From a virus, in IMG/VR virus record IMGVR_UViG_3300027896_000014, positions 81,244 to 145,243 of that record: DNA of 64,000 nucleotides; one strand, written 5' to 3'. A model generated the notes under the pieces. That model ran no database searches, was not told the origin of the DNA, and worked only from the letters and a program-made list of their open reading frames with translations. Position numbers and translations under genes: made by a program. How positions within the stretch are numbered: the first letter of the stretch is position 1; each line of letters begins with the position of its first letter. Of the stretch, positions 21,177 to 29,548 are shown piece by piece.

Positions 21177-21635
21177 TTATGCACTCTGGAGGAAGTTGCT
21201 GTTGTTAGCCTTGACTTCCGGCCTTGGATATGCCTCGAACCAGGGTCTCCACATCATGGAGCCTCCACCACTATTAGCGGTGAACACCAATTCATCGCCA
21301 GCATTGAGCTTTACGGGAGCAACGACTACTACTCCGGCAACTGTGGAGTGACAATTCTTCCAGACAATCTTCCCTAATGGAGTCAGGGTCGGAATGGTGA
21401 TTACAGCCACCGCCGTTGCCGTTGCATCACCACCGGTGCCTGGAATCAATCTCCTGGTGACGGTAATGATAGCAGCAGCTGTATCAAGTGTAACCAGGAT
21501 CTTGGCCCCGACTGCAAAAAGATCGCAGGCCTGATTTACCCTGCAAAGAACCACTGCGCTTGCGGCAAAAGTGCCAACATCAGCTGATACCACTGCTTCG
21601 TTAATCGCCTGAATTTTTGAATCGGTATAAGCCAT
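21177..21635 (-). CDS. Capsid decoration-like protein
   Basis: Small beta-rich ORF directly after the MCP. Confidence 0.5.
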   Translation of the reverse strand: MAYTDSKIQAINEAVVSADVGTFAASAVVLCRVNQACDLFAVGAKILVTLDTAAAIITVTRRLIPGTGGDATATAVAVITIPTLTPLGKIVWKNCHSTVAGVVVVAPVKLNAGDELVFTANSGGGSMMWRPWFEAYPRPEVKANNSNFLQSA

Positions 21636-21738
21636 TTTTTGTTACCTCCTTGTTTTTGAACTACATTAAATTCATGTTGGGAAATAGGATGGGCCATATT
21701 CGACCCATCCCTATAACTAATCGCTACGCAGATGCGTA

Positions 21739-22698
21739 TTACGAGCTGGAAATATAGCAACCTTTTACCTTACCAGCTGTCGCTGTAAGGGGCCAAACGA
21801 GTCCGAGGCCAATGACTCCGTACCAGGCCGCTGAATTTAATCGCCCATGATCCTGTCCGAAGTTGACCTGCACTCTGACCTCCGGCGTTTCCGCCTCGAT
21901 CATGGCTGCGAAGTCGTCTCCGAAGATGATCCCCTCACCAAGAACCGATCCTGTCCCCTTGTTGTTGGCGAGACAGATCGTATCCTTGATCTCGATACAC
22001 CGGATGCTCTCAATCTTTCCAACCTCGGAGTTGTGGAAGACATCCCCTTCACGGAGATATTGCTTCCAGGTTTCAAAGTTATCGTCATTCTTGACCCCCC
22101 TCATCGCCTTTGTGGCGAGCAACCCAATATAGTCATCACCCTCATAGGGATCGACGATATAGGTGTCAGAAAAGGCATCCCTAATTGCTCCCAGGTGAGC
22201 GATGTTTACGTTCACAAGAGCCGGTGTGTCGGGTGCTGCAACTGCCGAGAAGGCTCCACCAGTCAGAGATGTCGGTTGATAGACGAGGTAGGTGGTCTTC
22301 ATAACGGTTGCCGCAAGTCGGTCCAGAGCCTTTGTCATCTGCTTTCTGAGGGCCTTCTGAATCGGGTCCTGCGGGTCGAATTTTCCAAGTAACTGGCTCA
22401 TGTGGCTAAACGTCACCGCACGGCCATACTCTGCCACGGTAATCGCCGTGGTGGACAAAGCAAAGTCATCCACGGGGATCCGATCGTGCTCCGAAAGAGC
22501 AGCACTTGTGGGCTGGGTCAAAAGATCAGCCCGGGTAAGGGTTTGTGACTCGCCGCGTTTCTTCCCGAAGCCAGGTTCGGTCCTGACGAAATCCATGAAC
22601 TTGGACTCGACAATAGACTGTTCCCGAAGCTTCGCGCTCAAAGCATTATTCTTGTAGACGCCTGTGGGAGCACTGAACTCCCAGGTGAAGTCTGCCAT
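21739..22698 (-). CDS. Major capsid protein (N4-gp56-like)
   Basis: 319 aa after the scaffold; ITV.EYG..V, EVG.IE.IR.IE, FG.D, D.GR....AWYG. Confidence 0.85.
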   Translation of the reverse strand: MADFTWEFSAPTGVYKNNALSAKLREQSIVESKFMDFVRTEPGFGKKRGESQTLTRADLLTQPTSAALSEHDRIPVDDFALSTTAITVAEYGRAVTFSHMSQLLGKFDPQDPIQKALRKQMTKALDRLAATVMKTTYLVYQPTSLTGGAFSAVAAPDTPALVNVNIAHLGAIRDAFSDTYIVDPYEGDDYIGLLATKAMRGVKNDDNFETWKQYLREGDVFHNSEVGKIESIRCIEIKDTICLANNKGTGSVLGEGIIFGDDFAAMIEAETPEVRVQVNFGQDHGRLNSAAWYGVIGLGLVWPLTATAGKVKGCYISSS

Positions 22699-22711
22699 GG
22701 TTTATTCCTCC

Positions 22712-23746
22712 TTATGGTGAGTGACGGAGTTTCCTCCTTTCCAGAGCTGCTCGTTGAGCATCGCCCATCGTATGAGAGGCCTCCGGTTCTTTTTTGGTTG
22801 TTACCTTCGCACCGCGCCCGATAACTTCGAGATTCTCTTGATTCTCCTTTTCCTTACGGGCACGTTCCCTTTCCTCGCCTCTGAGTTCATCAACGAAGTC
22901 TTTGCATAACTTGGCGGTTTCTTTGATCTGGTCTTCCATAGGAAGTGATTTTGAGACGTCCGTCGAGAAGTCCCAGAACAGTCGAAGAATACGTTCCTTC
23001 TCCTTCGGACTGGTCTTGTCAGAAATCAATCCAGCCTCTTCCAGGGCAGTGTCAACAGCGGATATAACGGCCTCCTTGTTTCTCTTGGCTTCTTCACGCT
23101 CCTCGAATGCGAGATTGGCAATCTCGGTTTGTGCATCGGCCCAAACAAGGGCTACCTTTCCGTTATATTCCCCCATCTTCTTCTGGTAGTCGGCCCACTT
23201 GGTATCAAACTCCGGATCCTCTCGATCCTGTGGCGGTACGGGAGATGGTATGGCTGCGGCCTTGGCAATGGTATCATCGGCAATCTTCTGACGTTTCACA
23301 TCCCATGGGTTTTCGGCAGCGGCTGTGACCGGGGCTTTACTGGCGGCTTCGTCCACGCGCTTTTGAAGATCTGAAACAACGGTTTCCAGCTTCTTAGCCT
23401 TTGTGGTAGCCTCCGTCATCTTCTTTTTGGCTTCTTTGACAGCCTTCTCGGCGGCTGCTTGGTCCTTGTACTCGAGCTGGGTTTCTTCGTCTGTCTTTCC
23501 CTTGTCTTCACCTTCCACCTTCGCCAGCTCTTCAGCCGCTCGATCCTCCTCAGCCTTTTTCTGCCTTGCCTTTTTTTCCTCCACTTCCTTTTCGACCGCT
23601 TCTGCGCCTATTTCTCCGTGTTCGGGAGATCCCTTAAACTTGGCTTCGGACGAATCCTCACCGGGGCCCTTGCCAGTCGTGATCTCCTCCTCTTCCTCGT
23701 ACCCGTCGTCCAGATTCAAATCTTTTGCCGTCAATTGCTTTCCCAT
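22712..23746 (-). CDS. Scaffolding protein
   Basis: Acidic coiled-coil ORF directly upstream of the MCP; start moved to MGKQ after GGAGAGGGTG. Confidence 0.7.
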   Translation of the reverse strand: MGKQLTAKDLNLDDGYEEEEEITTGKGPGEDSSEAKFKGSPEHGEIGAEAVEKEVEEKKARQKKAEEDRAAEELAKVEGEDKGKTDEETQLEYKDQAAAEKAVKEAKKKMTEATTKAKKLETVVSDLQKRVDEAASKAPVTAAAENPWDVKRQKIADDTIAKAAAIPSPVPPQDREDPEFDTKWADYQKKMGEYNGKVALVWADAQTEIANLAFEEREEAKRNKEAVISAVDTALEEAGLISDKTSPKEKERILRLFWDFSTDVSKSLPMEDQIKETAKLCKDFVDELRGEERERARKEKENQENLEVIGRGAKVTTKKEPEASHTMGDAQRAALERRKLRHSP

Positions 23747-23863
23747 CGTTTTCACCCTCTCCAAGAATCCCTTTAAGGGGTTGGAGCCTTTCTTGTATTT
23801 CCAAGTGCGAATCCTTATACGCATTTGCGTATTCAGGGGCACTGTGGATGCTGTGTGGGCAAC

Positions 23864-23915
23864 AAAAAAGGCGGTCAAACATGAGTGTCGTGGCACCCAC
23901 GAATGCCGCCTTTTT
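23864..23915 (-). terminator. Terminator/attenuator in the scaffold leader
   Basis: AAAAAGGCGG...CCGCCTTTTTT stem with structured loop. Confidence 0.6.
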
Positions 23916-23984
23916 CCAGTATGTCTGCCCGCTAAGTGATCAGCTTAGGGGGTTGCCTTTTTATTTCCTATCCAAATCTATATA

Positions 23985-24063
23985 TGGTAGCGGGGGTTAG
24001 ATTTGAACTAACGAATTTTCTGGGTATGAGCCAGACGCCCTAACCAGACTGGGCCACCCCGCA
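23985..24063 (-). tRNA. tRNA-Met(CAU), initiator-like, CCA encoded
   Basis: Full cloverleaf; U1xU72 mismatch, anticodon arm TCTGG-CTCATAC-CCAGA, T-loop TTCAAAT, 3' ACCA. Confidence 0.9.
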
Positions 24064-24080
24064 TTTTTCTAAATACTTTG

Positions 24081-24109
24081 TTGACACGTCCCTTCATTAC
24101 TGATATATT
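24081..24109 (+). promoter_or_regulatory. sigma70 promoter of the HNH gene
   Basis: TTGACA-17-TATATT, then AAGGAG RBS. Confidence 0.7.
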
Positions 24110-24136
24110 TAATAAAATCCATAACAAGGAGAATTT

Positions 24137-24730
24137 ATGCTTACACTTAAAGGAAGGCAGCTCGGCGGCAGGGCCGCCAATAAAGTTTGTTACGAACGTG
24201 CCAAAGTACTGTATTACGCCTCTCCAAATCACTGCCAATACTGCGGTAAAATAATTCAAATAGTGAGAGTAATTCAAGAAGCTCGAAGAAAGAAATTTTG
24301 TAATAAGTCTTGTGTGGCTTCCTTTCAGCATGAGAAGTTTAGGAACCGCCCGATTGCCCCTAACCGCATTTGTCCAGATTGCGGAGGTAAAAAGGAAAAA
24401 GCGAGTAACAAAAGATGCTTGGCTTGTTACCGTCTCAGCCACCGTATGAGTCCAGAAAGAACCAAGGCATCTTTGATTTCTGGAAGGAAGACTTGGCAAT
24501 CCTTTAGAAACGCCATCTCCAAACACGCCCGATTGGTATTTCTTGAAGCCAATATTAAAAAGTCTTGCTATGTGTGCGACTATGACAAACATACGGACGT
24601 TGCCCATAATAAACGTGTCTCGGAGTTTCCGGACAGTGCTACGATAGCCGAAATAAATTCCTTGGATAACCTTTTTGCACTTTGCCCGAACCACCATTTC
24701 GAACATGATCATGGTCTCCTAAAACTTTAA
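24137..24730 (+). CDS. HNH endonuclease with Zn-finger repeats
   Basis: CQYCGK...KFCNKSC; CYVC....DVAH...N...N.FALCPNHH.EHD. Confidence 0.85.
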   Translation: MLTLKGRQLGGRAANKVCYERAKVLYYASPNHCQYCGKIIQIVRVIQEARRKKFCNKSCVASFQHEKFRNRPIAPNRICPDCGGKKEKASNKRCLACYRLSHRMSPERTKASLISGRKTWQSFRNAISKHARLVFLEANIKKSCYVCDYDKHTDVAHNKRVSEFPDSATIAEINSLDNLFALCPNHHFEHDHGLLKL

Positions 24731-24739
24731 TCCCGCAAT

Positions 24740-25096
24740 CTATTCTATATTTGGTATTTCCCTTGCCTGCCTTCCCAATCTTATCCGCGTCAACCTTTTG
24801 GCTGCCGCCTCTCCAATCTGGATATCTCGTCCAAGTTTATCAAGCATTCGAATGCATGTCTGAGTTCGAGGATTAGTATTCACAAATTCCTCTATTAGTT
24901 GCTGGAGTTCCTCTTCGACCATAGCCACAAAAAACTTTCCGGCCCTCGTCTTTAGCTTCTGTTCGGCCTCTATGCCAGCAGAGGCATCCGCTTCAAGCTG
25001 GCCCTCCAATAGTTTTTCTCTCTCTGTAGGACTACGATCTCTTGGCCTTCCACTTCTAATATCAACCGCCATCCCGCCAATGATGATATCGCTCAT
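24740..25096 (-). CDS. Hypothetical head-morphogenesis protein
   Basis: Helical 118 aa between portal and scaffold. Confidence 0.5.
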   Translation of the reverse strand: MSDIIIGGMAVDIRSGRPRDRSPTEREKLLEGQLEADASAGIEAEQKLKTRAGKFFVAMVEEELQQLIEEFVNTNPRTQTCIRMLDKLGRDIQIGEAAAKRLTRIRLGRQAREIPNIE

Positions 25097-25338
25097 TTCT
25101 TCCTCTTCTTGGTCGGTGCATACGAACTCAGAGACGATCCCTGACCGATTGATGGAAATTTGGCCTTTACCGCAGCTCTAACCCTACCCGCAACCGGTTT
25201 ACCAGAGGCGCGAGCCAATGCGTTCTTACCATGTGCAATATCAGGAATCGGATAGGACCCTGCCCCTGGAGCCTTGCTCGGTATTGCGAATTGACTCTTG
25301 GAAAGTCTTTTTCTTTCGGAATAACTTAGCTTTGCCAT
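25093..25338 (-). CDS. Small basic protein (DUF6582-like)
   Basis: L...ER..L..SQFAIP.....YPIPD.AH..NALAR. Confidence 0.65.
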   Translation of the reverse strand: MAKLSYSERKRLSKSQFAIPSKAPGAGSYPIPDIAHGKNALARASGKPVAGRVRAAVKAKFPSIGQGSSLSSYAPTKKRKK

Positions 25339-25364
25339 TTCATTCCTCCTGAGGAATATTGAAA

Positions 25365-25658
25365 TTAAACAGGAACTCGCCTCATCCTTTTTTTCGCCCT
25401 CTTTGCCTTCTTGCCTCCCGCCGGCATAAATCCCGCCAAAGGCGTACCCTTCATTTTCATAACCTTTGATCTCCCGGGAGAGACAGGCCCCCCTTTAGCC
25501 CTTGGAGTTAATGGAACATCTCTCCACGGACGTGGACCTATCCATGGACGAGCAACCCCGCCTTGTGCAACACGTTCTCCCTTGCCGTAGGGCACCTTTG
25601 GCTTAGGAGCGGTAATGCCTGCGGCCTCTTCCATTTTTTCAATATAGCTTTTCGCCAT
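25365..25658 (-). CDS. Small basic K/R/P/G-rich protein
   Basis: RBS; C-terminal KMKGTPLAGFMP plus basic tail. Confidence 0.65.
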   Translation of the reverse strand: MAKSYIEKMEEAAGITAPKPKVPYGKGERVAQGGVARPWIGPRPWRDVPLTPRAKGGPVSPGRSKVMKMKGTPLAGFMPAGGKKAKRAKKRMRRVPV

Positions 25659-25680
25659 CGTCTTTTCCCTTCACTTAAAA

Positions 25681-25929
25681 TTAGACTGCAAGCCTCTTCT
25701 GGCCCTTCTTCCCCCGCTTAGACTTGGGTGAAGGCATGAACGCAGAAAGCGGCCTTCCCTTCATCTTCAATGGAGACGTGGTTGCTCTCCTGGTTCCGGG
25801 TGGAGGTCCCATCCCGGGTGCCACAGGTGCCACGGGTGGAATTCCAGTCCTCGGTCCAGGTCCAACCATCTGTTTTGGCATTGACTTCATTTTCTTAGTA
25901 TCAAAAGGATCTCCTTTTCCTCTAGCCAT
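25681..25929 (-). CDS. Small basic K/P/G-rich protein
   Basis: RBS GGGAGG; C-terminal KMKGRPLSAFMP plus basic tail. Confidence 0.65.
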   Translation of the reverse strand: MARGKGDPFDTKKMKSMPKQMVGPGPRTGIPPVAPVAPGMGPPPGTRRATTSPLKMKGRPLSAFMPSPKSKRGKKGQKRLAV

Positions 25930-25931
25930 AA

Positions 25932-26141
25932 TTACCTCCCTTTCTTTTTTTTTGGTGTGAACGAGCTTAATGGAACTCCCCTTTGTTTTCGCCATCCACC
26001 TTTGGGAGTAATTCCATGCTCCTTCATGTTTAAAAGTCTCTCTTGTGCAAGAGCTTTTTTCTTGGTTGTACTCTTGCTTTTTACGCCCGAAGGCGTACTG
26101 ACTCTATACCCATCAATCTTTTTGACTCTAACTGGGCTCAT
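25932..26141 (-). CDS. Small basic protein
   Basis: YRV.TP.G.KSK.TTKKKA.AQ.RLL; C-terminal GVPLSSFTPKKKK. Confidence 0.65.
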   Translation of the reverse strand: MSPVRVKKIDGYRVSTPSGVKSKSTTKKKALAQERLLNMKEHGITPKGGWRKQRGVPLSSFTPKKKKGR

Positions 26142-26636
26142 CAAAAATCCTCCCTGTTTGATTTAGTTCCTTTACTTGTTGCCATAATTTTTCTTCAATG
26201 CCAGTATAGGTATTTTTGCTACTACCCTTCATAAATTTACCCTGACCATCTTTTAAAATAACTTTATTTTCAATCGCTTTTTTTCTAATATCGCAAAATT
26301 CTATAACCAATTGTGCCTGCTTTTTCTTTATCTTTAAATGGGGTTGTATCACTCTTAAAAAGTTCGATACTGTTTTATTCCCGTAAAATCCCCATCTATA
26401 TACAGGCTTATGATTATTATTTTGTGCTTACTTATTCCGTTACTTCCACCGAAAAAAATTCTAATAAAATCAACCGCCTCTGGTTGGGCTTGGGTAACTA
26501 CGACCATCGGCTTATAATTTTCAGTTATACTACCTCTACGTCTATTCTCTTTTTGCCTTCCCAATCCAACATATCCATCACTATCAATAACCCCAGCGAT
26601 GTATCCTAAGTCTTCAGGATTGATCTTTACTGGCAT
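26128..26636 (-). pseudogene. Single-motif LAGLIDADG homing endonuclease, frameshifted near 26425
   Basis: GYIAGVIDSDG motif; -1 frame continues KPVYRW...FLRVIQPHLKIKKKQAQL. Confidence 0.8.
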
Positions 26637-26639
26637 ATC

Positions 26640-26963
26640 TCACCTCGCTTGAAAATTCCTCACTCCAATATTTCCACGACTCACCAACCTCATCGGTCTC
26701 CAGATAGGTAATGACCGCACTTGCCCATCGGTGTTTCGCATCTTCATCACCCGGTCAAATTTTGGTTTCTCTTTGGACAGATTAGATAAATCCTCTTTTT
26801 CCTTTTCCCTTTGGAGCTGAGTAAGAGTAAGAAGCAAACGGTCCAGTTGATTATTGTTCGCCCCGTCCGTGCTTGTCGTGGAGCCGGCGCTCGGCAAATA
26901 AGTGGCCGTGGTCCGGTCCGATGTTACTATGTATAGAGGCACCATCTTCTTCCTCCCCTCCAT
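26640..26963 (-). CDS. Hypothetical protein
   Basis: ORF only; start uncertain. Confidence 0.35.
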   Translation of the reverse strand: MEGRKKMVPLYIVTSDRTTATYLPSAGSTTSTDGANNNQLDRLLLTLTQLQREKEKEDLSNLSKEKPKFDRVMKMRNTDGQVRSLPIWRPMRLVSRGNIGVRNFQAR

Positions 26964-26986
26964 TGGAGTATATTACTTGAAATACC

Positions 26987-27751
26987 TCACTTATAATAAA
27001 TCGTGACGTAGGCCGTGCCACCAATTGGGTAATAATGTGCTGTCACACCCCCGTCGTTCAAATTGGATGTGCCTTCTACAAACCCTCCAGATACCGTTGA
27101 CATCACGGTGACGTATCCCATGTCTGCCGATGATGCCGGGAGAGCTGATAGGGCTGCGATAGCAAGAGCTTCGGAGTCATAACCGGTCCCGTTGGCCGAT
27201 CCAGGGGTTACAGTTATTGTTCCGGCAGCAACGATTGAAAATCTGTAGATACCCCATTTGTTTTGAGGGATAGTCCCTACTGCCAGAGCAGTTCCGGCTG
27301 CCGCACCTTTCGAATATCCCGTTCCTGCAATATTGAAGTTAAAAGCACCATTCGCTACAGTCGTTGTCGGGCTCCCGATAGCCAGAGCGGTCCCTCCTGG
27401 TGCCCCAGCCAAGGTTAGAGTAACCACGCACCCCTCGAAGATTGGATAGTCAGCATCATTCGTCTCACCAGCTTCCCTATCCTTTAGCAAAGCAGGAGGT
27501 GAAATCTGATTTTGCGTTAAAGATGACTTAACATACATCGTGTTACCGTTTGGGTCGGCAACTTTGAATTCTGTCGCAACCGTATTTGCCCAGTTTGGGA
27601 TCTCGATCAGAGTTACGACCGCTTTCCCAGGAGATACCGAATAACTGGGAGGACCGACTCCCCCTTTGATGATAAAGTTTTTTGTGGTGTCAGTCGGAAC
27701 AAACACCAATGCGTGCCTTGGAATATCCCGAAGTCTTTTATTGGCGCCCAT
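26987..27751 (-). CDS. Putative virion structural protein
   Basis: Gly/Ala/Thr-rich beta protein with RBS. Confidence 0.55.
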   Translation of the reverse strand: MGANKRLRDIPRHALVFVPTDTTKNFIIKGGVGPPSYSVSPGKAVVTLIEIPNWANTVATEFKVADPNGNTMYVKSSLTQNQISPPALLKDREAGETNDADYPIFEGCVVTLTLAGAPGGTALAIGSPTTTVANGAFNFNIAGTGYSKGAAAGTALAVGTIPQNKWGIYRFSIVAAGTITVTPGSANGTGYDSEALAIAALSALPASSADMGYVTVMSTVSGGFVEGTSNLNDGGVTAHYYPIGGTAYVTIYYK

Positions 27752-27760
27752 TTTTGCCTC

Positions 27761-28120
27761 CTATTTTATTGAAGCCATACCCTGATTCTTCCCACCATAC
27801 CAATCTTGTTTTCCCCAAAATTGGTCGGCCCTTCCGCAACTAACTATGAACTCTAAAACGTTGGCGATATTGTGAGTAGCATCGGAGAGAAATTTAAACA
27901 GGATACAATGTGTTTTCTTCAAGTCTCCGAGAATCCTACAGATAATAAACCACTCGAACATCTCGTGGACCGCCACACCAATCTGTTTCAATTTCTCCTG
28001 GCCAGGAGTCCATATGTAAATGTCGCCTCCGGATGTCCACCAGCCCATTTCCTCACTGAGCCATGCCTCCTGATATTCGTCCTTGAAGTATTGATCTTGA
28101 TCGGTAAAGATGAATTTCAA
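27761..28120 (-). CDS. HExxE metal-binding (zincin-like) protein
   Basis: AVHEMFE...H..A...E. Confidence 0.5.
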   Translation of the reverse strand: MKFIFTDQDQYFKDEYQEAWLSEEMGWWTSGGDIYIWTPGQEKLKQIGVAVHEMFEWFIICRILGDLKKTHCILFKFLSDATHNIANVLEFIVSCGRADQFWGKQDWYGGKNQGMASIK

Positions 28121-28129
28121 GTTTCCCCC

Positions 28130-29548
28130 CTAAAACCTAAAGTCGTCTCCCTTCATGGCATTCACTTCTTTGATAATTTGAAGCACGTCCGTCTCGAACT
28201 TTGCAGGAAAGGAGCTATTGGCCATTTCGATCTGGGAAGCAATCTTACTGGCCGCATCTACTGCGGCTTTCGGAGTTTTCCCGTATCCCATCGCCGTCGC
28301 TACGACGTGATCACCCGGATCGAACCAATGGTCTCCTGCCTTTTGTACGATACGCCTGAATCCCATGTCTTTTCTTATTTCTTTCGGGAAATGAATCACT
28401 TCCCACGTCTTAATGTCATCGGTATAAACTCCGACCTGGGTGACATAGCCGGGCTCCACTTCCGCTCGGACGTTCTGACCGGCCGCAATCTTATAGGTAT
28501 ATTCTGGAAAGTTCTTTATGTATCTTGACTGAATCGCACCGCAGGGCCAGGCATCACGAGACGTTGGATCGTGGACTCTAACTTTCTTTCCGTCCCAAAA
28601 GAACTCAAAGCTGATATTGCCGTGATAACCGGATTTGATGAGAGAAGGCTTTATTTTGTTTAGGATATGCTCATCGATCCCATTCTCCTCCACCCAAACT
28701 CCGATTGTTCCCTCTCCTTTCACTTCTATCGTGTAGAGGAAAGGCCGGATATAATCCCTTCCATTGAAACCGACATCGACACCCAATTCTTTGCCTGGGC
28801 ATGATCGCTGAATCAAAATCTCAAGGTCCTCACGGAATGGCCCAAAACCGGCCTGTTCGAGCGCCACGGCCATCTGTACTCGATTTTTCACGCCCTTCCC
28901 TGTCTCTTTATTGCCTCTATACTCTCCAACTTTTGGGAAGAAGAGAGTCTTGCCATCGGTGTGTTTATCCATGTACTCAAAAGCCTCATCAAAACCATGG
29001 ACAACATCTCCATCGGGGACGCCGACGCCCATCTCTTGAAGCCGCTGCCATCCCTTCACACGGTTATTTTCATTCTCGGTCCACCAGAAGGAAGGACCAT
29101 AAACGATTTTCCCCTCATCACGCCAGATATCGGCATCCTTCCCGAAACAACAATCCGAGATATAAATAAAATCCTTTTGGGCAGCTTCCATCATGCTGTG
29201 GATCTTGTGAAGCCCCTTAAAGCCATATCCCGAGATTTGGTTCTCGATCGACGGGTAGGCTGCGGCACCGGCAATAAAGTAATACACTTCAAACTCCCTC
29301 ATGAGTGCCAGGGCGTGATCAATCCCTAAATTGGTGTCGATGAAGCCAACGGTCCGTGGCATTCCATGTTCCCGCTTAGGCATAGAAATAGCCTTGGTCG
29401 CTTTTGCCGTCTGATAATTGGCGATTTCTGCATAGGAATATCCCTCTTTGTGTGCCTCTTCGACCTTAAAACCCGTAAATCCAGCGAGATAAAAGGCTAT
29501 CTCCCGGTATGAATGACCCTCTTTTCTTTGGGCCTCGACATCGTACAT
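28130..29548 (-). CDS. PurD-like ATP-grasp ligase with ejection-protein-like N-terminal repeat
   Basis: VYGPS.....ENNR..G...L...GV.VP, F.EA.EY, F.K, ILIQ...PG.E.GV...FNG, GYHG.I, V.D.TSR.AWP. Confidence 0.7.
   Translation of the reverse strand: MYDVEAQRKEGHSYREIAFYLAGFTGFKVEEAHKEGYSYAEIANYQTAKATKAISMPKREHGMPRTVGFIDTNLGIDHALALMREFEVYYFIAGAAAYPSIENQISGYGFKGLHKIHSMMEAAQKDFIYISDCCFGKDADIWRDEGKIVYGPSFWWTENENNRVKGWQRLQEMGVGVPDGDVVHGFDEAFEYMDKHTDGKTLFFPKVGEYRGNKETGKGVKNRVQMAVALEQAGFGPFREDLEILIQRSCPGKELGVDVGFNGRDYIRPFLYTIEVKGEGTIGVWVEENGIDEHILNKIKPSLIKSGYHGNISFEFFWDGKKVRVHDPTSRDAWPCGAIQSRYIKNFPEYTYKIAAGQNVRAEVEPGYVTQVGVYTDDIKTWEVIHFPKEIRKDMGFRRIVQKAGDHWFDPGDHVVATAMGYGKTPKAAVDAASKIASQIEMANSSFPAKFETDVLQIIKEVNAMKGDDFRF

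Noticed and set aside
22712-23896. ORF-track N-terminal extensions (scaffold 23896, transposase 62199, also 10756, 45906, 58892)
   Set aside because: They run through terminators, promoters or upstream genes; downstream ATGs have RBSs, coupling or a leaderless promoter.
26128-26636. LAGLIDADG as part of a group I intron or intein
   Set aside because: Flanking ORFs look complete; no split host gene or splice motifs recognised.
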